Origin: Paragordius varius | Lineage: Eukaryota; Animalia; Nematomorpha | Length of the DNA stretch: 64,000 nucleotides | NCBI GenBank assembly: GCA_964247055.1 | Contig: OZ176056.1 | Span: 248,001-312,000, forward strand | Direction: 5' to 3' | Shown: positions 50,778-61,093 of the stretch, in pieces | How the letters are laid out: each line of letters begins with the position of its first letter | Numbering within the stretch: position 1 is the stretch's first letter | The notes under the pieces: generated by a model | The model's input: only the letters and a program-made list of their open reading frames with translations | Databases searched by the model: none | What the model was told of the DNA's origin: nothing | Made by a program: the position numbers and the translations under genes

Positions 50778-53745
50778 ATCGAATATTGGTCACCGGTGAA
50801 CAAAATTATTTTTTATACATTCTCTTAGCAAGACTACATCAAAATATAGAGATAGTTTGACAAACTCTTTCATATCCGATTTTTACAACGATACTTTAAA
50901 AATTATGGTATTGAACCAGTCGCATCAATACTCAAGTTAAACTTTGTCCTTAAAAATCGGATATTGGTCACCGGTGAACAAAATTATTTTTTATACATTC
51001 TCTTAGTAAGACTACATCAAAATATAGAAATAGTTTGACAAACTCTTTCATATCCGATTTTTACAACGATACTTTAAAAATTATGGTATTAAACCAGTCG
51101 CTTCAATACTCAAGTTAAACTTTGTCCTTAAAAATCGGATATTGGTCACCGGTGAACAAAACTATTTTTTATACATTCTCTTAGTAAGACTACATCAAAC
51201 TATAGAGATAATTTGACAAACTCTTTCATATCCGATTTTTACAACGATACTTTAAAAATTAATGTATAAATCTAGTCGTATCAATAAATCGCATCAATAC
51301 TCAAGTTAAACTTTGTCCTTAAAAATCGGATATTGGTCACCGGTGAACAAAATTATTTTTTATACATATTCTTAGTAGGACTACATCAAAATATAGAGAT
51401 AGTTTGGCAAACTGTTACATATCCGATTTTTACAACGATACTTTAAAAATTAATGTATAAAACTAGTCGCATCAATACTCAAGTTAAACTTTGTCCTTAA
51501 AAAATCGAATATTGGTCACCGGTGAACAAAATTATTTTTTATACATTCTCTTAGCAAGACTACATCAAAATATAGAGATAGTTTGACAAACTCTTTCATA
51601 TCCGATTTTTACAACGATACTTTAAAAATTATGGTATTGAACCAGTCGCATCAATACTCAAGTTAAACTTTGTCCTTAAAAATCGGATATTGGTCACCGG
51701 TGAACAAAATTATTTTTTATACATTCTCTTAGTAAGACTACATCAAAATATAGAAATAGTTTGACAAACTCTTTCATATCCGATTTTTACAACGATACTT
51801 TAAAAATTATGGTATTAAACCAGTCGCATCAATACTCATGTTAAACTTTGTCCTTAAAAATCGGATATTGGTCACCGGTGAACAAAACTATTTTTTATAC
51901 TAGTAAGACTACATCAAACTATAGAGATAATTTGACAAACTCTTTCATATCCGATTTTTACAACGATACAAAAATTAATGTATAAAACTAGTCGTATCAA
52001 TAAATCGCATCAATACTCAAGTTAAACTTTGTCCTTAAAAATCGGATATTGGTTACCGGTGAACAAAATTATTTTTTATACATTCTCTTAGTAGGACTAC
52101 ATCAAAATATAGAGATAGTTTGGCAAACTGTTACATATCCGATTTTTACAACGATACTTTAAAAATTAATGTATAAAACTAGTCGCATCAATACTCAAGT
52201 TAAACTTTGTCCTTAAAAATCGAATATTGGTCACCTGTGAACAAAATTATTTTTTATACATTCTCTTAGCAAGACTACATCAAAATATAGAGATAGTTTG
52301 ACAAACTCTTTCATATCCGATTTTTACAAATATACTTTAAAAATTATGATATTAAACCAGTCGCATCAATACTCAAGTTAAACTTTGTCCTTAAAAATCG
52401 GATATTGGTCATCGGTGAACAAAATTATTTTTTTTACATTCTCTTAGTAAGACTACATCAAAATATAGAAATAGTTTGACAAACTCTTTCATATCCGATT
52501 TTTACAACGATACTTTAAAAATTATGGTAATAAACCAGTCGCATCAATACTCAAGTTAAACTTTGTCCTTAAAAATCGGATATTGGTCACCGGTGAACAA
52601 AATTATTTTTTATACATTCTCTTAGTAGGACTACATCAAAATATAGAGATAGTTTGGCAAACTGTTACATATCCGATTTTTACAACGATACTTTAAAAAT
52701 TAATGTATAAAACTAGTCGCATCAATACTCAAGTTAAACTTTGTCCTGAAAAATCGAATATTGGTCACCGGTGAACAAAATTAGTTTTTATACATTCTCT
52801 TAGCAAGACTACATCAAAATATAGAGATAGTTTGACAAACTCTTTCATATCCGATTTTTACAACGATACTTTAAAAATTATGGTATTAAACCAGTCGCAT
52901 CAATACTCAAGTTAAACTTTGTCCTTAAAAATCGGATATTGGTCACCGGTGAACAAAATTATTTTTTTTACATTCTCTTAGTAAGACTACATCAAAATAT
53001 AGAAATAGTTTGACAAACTCTTTCATATCCGATTTTTACAACGATACTTTAATAATTAATGTATTAAACCAGTCGCATCAATACTCAAGTTAAACTTTGT
53101 CCTTAAAAATCGGATATTGGTCACCGGTGAACAAAACTATTTTTTATACATTCTCTTAGTAAGACTACATCAAACTATAGAGATAATTTGACAAACTCTT
53201 TCATATCCGATTTTTACAACGATACTTTAAAAATTAATGTATAAATCTAGTCGTATCAATAAATCGCATCAATACTCAAGTTAAACTTTGTCCTTAAAAA
53301 TCGGATATTGGTCACCGGTGAACAAAATTATTTTTTATACATATTCTTAGTAGGACTACATCAAAATATAGAGATAGTTTGGCAAACTGTTACATATCCG
53401 ATTTTTACAACGATACTTTAAAAATTAATGTATAAAACTAGTCGCATCAATACTCAAGTTAAACTTTGTCCTTAAAAAATCGAATATTGGTCACCGGTGA
53501 ACAAAATTATTTTTTATACATTCTCTTAGCAAGACTACATCAAAATATAGAGATAGTTTAACAAACTCTTTCATATCCGATTTTTACAACGATACTTTAA
53601 AAATTATGGTATTGAACCAGTCGCATCAATACTCAAGTTAAACTTTGTCCTTAAAAATCGGATATTGGTCACCGGTGAACAAAATTATTTTTTATACATT
53701 CTCTTAGTAAGACTACATCAAAATATAGAAATAGTTTGACAAACT
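48166..53745 (+). repeat. 15-monomer HOR (2701 bp), two copies plus one monomer
   Basis: gcttcaat at 48401 and 51102, the 7-bp deletion tatactagtaag at 49200 and 51901, and aattagttttt at 50093 and 52794. Arithmetic: 15x178 + 39 + 2 - 10 = 2701. Confidence 0.92.
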
Positions 53746-56700
53746 CTTTCATATCCGATTTTTACAACGATACTTTAAAAATTATGGTATTAAACCAGTC
53801 GCATCAATACTCATGTTAAACTTTGTCCTTAAAAATCGGATATTGGTCACCGGTGAACAAAACTATTTTTTATACATTCTCTTAGTAAGACTACATCAAA
53901 CTATAGAGATAATTTGACAAACTCTTTCATATCCGATTTTTACAACGATACTTTAAAAATTAATGTATAAAACTAGTCGTATCAATAAATCGCATCAATA
54001 CTCAAGTTAAACTTTGTCCTTAAAAATCGGATATTGGTCACCGGTGAACAAAATTATTTTTTATACATTCTCTTAGTAGGACTACAACAAAATATAGAGA
54101 TAGTTTGGCAAACTGTTACATATCTGATTTTTACAACGATACTTTAAAAATTAATGTATAAAACTAGTCGCATCAATACTCAAGTTAAACTTTGTCCTTA
54201 AAAATCGAATATTGGTCACCTGTGAACAAAATTATTTTTTATACATTCTCTTAGCAAGACTACATCAAAATATAGAGATAGTTTGACAAACTCTTTCATA
54301 TCCGATTTTTACAACGATACTTTAAAAATTATGATATTAAACCAGTCGCATCAATACTCAAGTTAAACTTTGTCCTTAAAAATCGGATATTGGTCATCGG
54401 TGAACAAAATTATTTTTTTTACATTCTCTTAGTAAGACTACATCAAAATATAGAAATAGTTTGACAAACTCTTTCATATCCGATTTTTACAACGATACTT
54501 TAAAAATTATGGTAATAAACCAGTCGCATCAATACTCAAGTTAAACTTTGTCCTTAAAAATCGGATATTGGTCACCGGTGAACAAAATTATTTTTTATAC
54601 ATTCTCTTAGTAGGACTACATCAAAATATAGAGATAGTTTGGCAAACTGTTACATATCCGATTTTTACAACGATACTTTAAAAATTAATGTATAAAACTA
54701 GTCGCATCAATACTCAAGTTAAACTTTGTCCTGAAAAATCGAATATTGGTCACCGGTGAACAAAATTACTTTTTATACATTCTCTTAGCAAGACTACATC
54801 AAAATATAGAGATAGTTTGACAAACTCTTTCATATCCGATTTTTACAACGATACTTTAAAAATTATGGTATTAAACCAGTCGCATCAATACTCAAGTTAA
54901 ACTTTGTCCTTAAAAATCGGATATTGGTCACCGGTGAACAAAATTATTTTTTTTACATTCTCTTAGTAAGACTACATCAAAATATAGAAATAGTTTGACA
55001 AACTCTTTCATATCCGATTTTTACAACGATACTTTAATAATTAATGTATAAAACTAGTCGCATCAATACTCAAGTTAAACTTTGTCCTTAAAAATCGGAT
55101 ATTGGTCACCGGTGAACAAAATTATTTTTTATACATTCTTATTAGTAAGACTACATCAAAATATAGAAATAGTTTGACAAACTCTTTCATATCCGATTTT
55201 TACAACGATACTTTAAAAATTAATGTATTAAACTAGTCGCATCAATACTCAAGTTAAACTTTGTCCTTAAAAATCGGATATTGGTCACCGGTGAACAAAA
55301 TTATTTTTTATACATTCTCTTAGCAAGACTACATCAAAATATAGAGATAGTTTGACAAACTCTTTCATATCCGATTTTTACAACGATACTTTAAAAATTA
55401 TGGTATTAAACCAGTCGCATCAATACTCAAGTTAAACTTTGTCCTTAAAAATCGGATATTGGTCACCGGTGAACAAAATTATTTTTTATACATTCTCTTA
55501 GTAAGACTACATCAAAATATAGAAATAGTTTGACAAACTCTTTCATATCCGATTTTTACAACGATACTTTAAAAATTATGGTATTGAACCAGTCGCATCA
55601 ATACTCAAGTTAAACTTTGTCCTTAAAAATCGGATATTGGTCACCGGTGAACAAAATTATTTTTTATACATTCTCTTAGTAAGACTACATCAAAATATAG
55701 AAATAGTTTGACAAACTCTTTCATATCCGATTTTTACAACGATACTTTAAAAATTATGGTATTAAACCAGTCGCATCAATACTCATGTTAAACTTTGTCC
55801 TTAAAAATCGGATATTGGTCACCGGTGAACAAAACTATTTTTTATACATTCTCTTAGTAAGACTACATCAAACTATAGAGATAATTTGACAAACTCTTTC
55901 ATATCCGATTTTTACAACGATACTTTAAAAATTAATGTATAAAACTAGTCGTATCAATAAATCGCATCAATACTCAAGTTAAACTTTGTCCTTAAAAATC
56001 GGATATTGGTCACCGGTGAACAAAATTATTTTTTATACATTCTCTTAGTAGGACTACAACAAAATATAGAGATAGTTTGGCAAACTGTTACATATCTGAT
56101 TTTTACAACGATACTTTAAAAATTAATGTATAAAACTAGTCGCATCAATACTCAAGTTAAACTTTGTCCTTAAAAATCGAATATTGGTCACCTGTGAACA
56201 AAATTATTTTTTATACATTCTCTTAGCAAGACTACATCAAAATATAGAGATAGTTTGACAAACTCTTTCATATCCGATTTTTACAACGATACTTTAAAAA
56301 TTATGATATTAAACCAGTCGCATCAATACTCAAGTTAAACTTTGTCCTTAAAAATCGGATATTGGTAATCGGTGAACAAAATTATTTTTTTTACATTCTC
56401 TTAGTAAGACTACATCAAAATATAGAAATAGTTTGACAAACTCTTTCATATCCGATTTTTACAACGATACTTTAAAAATTATGGTAATAAACCAGTCGCA
56501 TCAATACTCAAGTTAAACTTTGTCCTTAAAAATCGGATATTGGTCACCGGTGAACAAAATTATTTTTTATACATTCTCTTAGTAGGACTACATCAAAATA
56601 TAGAGATAGTTACGCAAACTGTTACATATCCGATTTTTACAACGATACTTTAAAAATTAATGTATAAAACTAGTCGCATCAATACTCAAGTTAAACTTTG

Positions 56701-59700
56701 TCCTGAAAAATCGAATATTGGTCACCGGTGAACAAAATTACTTTTTATACATTCTCTTAGCAAGACTACATCAAAATATAGAGATAGTTTGACAAACTCT
56801 TTCATATCCGATTTTTACAACGATACTTTAAAAATTATGGTATTAAACCAGTCGCATCAATACTCAAGTTAAACTTTGTCCTTAAAAATCGGATATTGGT
56901 CACCGGTGAACAAAATTATTTTTTTTACATTCTCTTAGTAAGACTACATCAAAATATAGAAATAGTTTGACAAACTCTTTCATATCCGATTTTTACAACG
57001 ATACTTTAATAATTAATGTATAAAACTAGTCGCATCAATACTCAAGTTAAACTTTGTCCTTAAAAATCGGATATTGGTCACCGGTGAACAAAATTATTTT
57101 TTATACATTCTCTTAGTAAGACTACATCAAAATATAGAAATAGTTTGACAAACTCTTTCATATCCGATTTTTACAACGATACTTTAAAAATTAATGTATT
57201 AAACTAGTCGCATCAATACTCAAGTTAAACTTTGTCCTTAAAAATCGGATATTGGTCACCGGTGAACAAAATTATTTTTTATACATTCTCTTAGCAAGAC
57301 TACATCAAAATATAGAGATAGTTTGACAAACTCTTTCATATCCGATTTTTACAACGATACTTTAAAAATTATGGTATTAAACCAGTCGCATCAATACTCA
57401 AGTTAAACTTTGTCCTTAAAAATCGGATATTGGTCACCGGTGAACAAAATTATTTTTTATACATTCTCTTAGTAAGACTACATCAAAATATAGAAATAGT
57501 TTGACAAACTCTTTCATATCCGATTTTTACAACGATACTTTAAAAATTATGGTATTGAACCAGTCGCATCAATACTCAAGTTAAACTTTGTCCTTAAAAA
57601 TCGGATATTGGTCACCGGTGAACAAAATTATTTTTTATACATTCTCTTAGTAAGACTACATCAAAATATAGAAATAGTTTGACAAACTCTTTCATATCCG
57701 ATTTTTACAACGATACTTTAAAAATTATGGTATTAAACCAGTCGCATCAATACTCATGTTAAACTTTGTCCTTAAAAATCGGATATTGGTCACCGGTGAA
57801 CAAAACTATTTTTTATACATTCTCTTAGTAAGACTACATCAAACTATAGAGATAATTTGACAAACTCTTTCATATCCGATTTTTACAACGATACTTTAAA
57901 AATTAATGTATAAAACTAGTCGTATCAATAAATCGCATCAATACTCAAGTTAAACTTTGTCCTTAAAAATCGGATATTGGTCACCGGTGAACAAAATTAT
58001 TTTTTATACATTCTCTTAGTAGGACTACAACAAAATATAGAGATAGTTTGGCAAACTGTTACATATCTGATTTTTACAACGATACTTTAAAAATTAATGT
58101 ATAAAACTAGTCGCATCAATACTCAAGTTAAACTTTGTCCTTAAAAATCGAATATTGGTCACCTGTGAACAAAATTATTTTTTATACATTCTCTTAGCAA
58201 GACTACATCAAAATATAGAGATAGTTTGACAAACTCTTTCATATCCGATTTTTACAACGATACTTTAAAAATTATGATATTAAACCAGTCGCATCAATAC
58301 TCAAGTTAAACTTTGTCCTTAAAAATCGGATATTGGTCATCGGTGAACAAAATTATTTTTTTTACATTCTCTTAGTAAGACTACATCAAAATATAGAAAT
58401 AGTTTGACAAACTCTTTCATATCCGATTTTTACAACGATACTTTAAAAATTATGGTAATAAACCAGTCGCATCAATACTCAAGTTAAACTTTGTCCTTAA
58501 AAATCGGATATTGGTCACCGGTGAACAAAATTATTTTTTATACATTCTCTTAGTAGGACTACATCAAAATATAGAGATAGTTTGGCAAACTGTTACATAT
58601 CCGATTTTTACAACGATACTTTAAAAATTAATGTATAAAACTAGTCGCATCAATACTCAAGTTAAACTTTGTCCTGAAAAATCGAATATTGGTCACCGGT
58701 GAACAAAATTACTTTTTATACATTCTCTTAGCAAGACTACATCAAAATATAGAGATAGTTTGACAAACTCTTTCATATGCGATTTTTACAACGATACTTT
58801 AAAAATTAATGTATTAAACCAGTCGCATCAATACTCAAGTTAAACTTTGTCCTTAAAAATCGGATATTGGTCACCGGTGAACAAAATTATTTTTTTTACA
58901 TTCTCTTAGTAAGACTACATCAAAATATAGAAATAGTTTGACAAACTCTTTCATATCCGATTTTTACAACGATACTTTAAAAATTATGGTATTAAACCAG
59001 TCGCATCAATACTCAAGTTAAACTTTGTCCTTAAAAATCGGATATTGGTCACCGGTGAACAAAATTATTTTTTATACATTCTCTTAGTAAGACTACATCA
59101 AAATATAGAAATAGTTTGACAAACTCTTTGATATCCGATTTTTACAACGATACTTTAAAAATTATGGTATTGAACCAGTCGCATCAATACTCAAGTTAAA
59201 CTTTGTCCTTAAAAATCGGATATTGGTCACCGGTGAACAAAATTATTTTTTATACATTCTCTTAGTAAGACTACATCAAAATATAGAAATAGTTTGACAA
59301 ACTCTTTCATATCCGATTTTTACAACGATACTTTAAAAATTATGGTATTAAACCAGTCGCATCAATACTCATGTTAAACTTTGTCCTTAAAAATCGGATA
59401 TTGGTCACCGGTGAACAAAACTATTTTTTATACATTCTCTTAGTAAGACTACATCAAACTATAGAGATAATTTGACAAACTCTTTCATATCCGATTTTTA
59501 CAACGATACTTTAAAAATTAATGTATAAAACTAGTCGTATCAATAAATCGCATCAATACTCAAGTTAAACTTTGTCCTTAAAAATCGGATATTGGTCACC
59601 GGTGAACAAAATTATTTTTTATACATTCTCTTAGTAGGACTACAACAAAATATAGAGATAGTTTGGCAAACTGTTACATATCTGATTTTTACAACGATAC

Positions 59701-61093
59701 TTTAAAAATTAATGTATAAAACTAGTCGCATCAATACTCAAGTTAAACTTTGTCCTTAAAAATCGAATATTGGTCACCTGTGAACAAAATTATTTTTTAT
59801 ACATTCTCTTAGCAAGACTACATCAAAATATAGAGATAGTTTGACAAACTCTTTCATATCCGATTTTTACAACGATACTTTAAAAATTATGATATTAAAC
59901 CAGTCGCATCAATACTCAAGTTAAACTTTGTCCTTAAAAATCGGATATTGGTCATCGGTGAACAAAATTATTTTTTTTACATTCTCTTAGTAAGACTACA
60001 TCAAAATATAGAAATAGTTTGACAAACTCTTTCATATCCGATTTTTACAACGATACTTTAAAAATTATGGTAATAAACCAGTCGCATCAATACTCAAGTT
60101 AAACTTTGTCCTTAAAAATCGGATATTGGTCACCGGTGAACAAAATTATTTTTTATACATTCTCTTAGTAGGACTACATCAAAATATAGAGATAGTTTGG
60201 CAAACTGTTACATATCCGATTTTTACAACGATACTTTAAAAATTAATGTATAAAACTAGTCGCATCAATACTCAAGTTAAACTTTGTCCTGAAAAATCGA
60301 ATATTGGTCACCGGTAAACAAAATTACTTTTTATACATTCTCTTAGCAAGACTACATCAAAATATAGAGATAGTTTGACAAACTCTTTCATATCCGATTT
60401 TTACAACGATACTTTAAAAATTATGGTATTAAACCAGTCGCATCAATACTCAAGTTAAACTTTGTCCTTAAAAATCGGATATTGGTCACCGGTGAACAAA
60501 ATTATTTTTTTTACATTCTCTTAGTAAGACTACATCAAAATATAGAAATAGTTTGACAAACTCTTTCATATCCGATTTTTACAACGATACTTTAATAATT
60601 AATGTATAAAACTAGTCGCATCAATACTCAAGTTAAACTTTGTCCTTAAAAATCGGATATTGGTCACCGGTGAACAAAATTATTTTTTATACATTCTCTT
60701 AGTAAGACTACATCAAAATATAGAAATAGTTTGACAAACTCTTTCATATCCGATTTTTACAACGATACTTTAAAAATTAATGTATTAAACTAGTCGCATC
60801 AATACTCAAGTTAAACTTTGTCCTTAAAAATCGGATATTGGTCACCGGTGAACAAAATTATTTTTTATACATTCTCTTAGCAAGACTACATCAAAATATA
60901 GAGATAGTTTGACAAACTCTTTCATATCCGATTTTTACAACGATACTTTAATTATGGTATTAAACCAGTCGCATCAATACTCAAGTTAAACTTTGTCCTT
61001 AAAAATCGGATATTGGTCACCGGTGAACAAAATTATTTTTTATACATTCTCTTAGTAAGACTACATCAAAATATAGAAATAGTTTGACAAACT
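53746..61093 (+). repeat. 11-monomer HOR (1971 bp), four copies of 11, 11, 9 and 10 monomers
   Basis: actacaacaaaa at 54087, 56059, 58030 and 59645. The unit starts at 53746, 55718, 57689 and 59304, with the next start at 61094. Lengths are 1972, 1971, 1615 (9x178 + 13) and 1790 (10x178 + 13 - 3). Confidence 0.92.
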
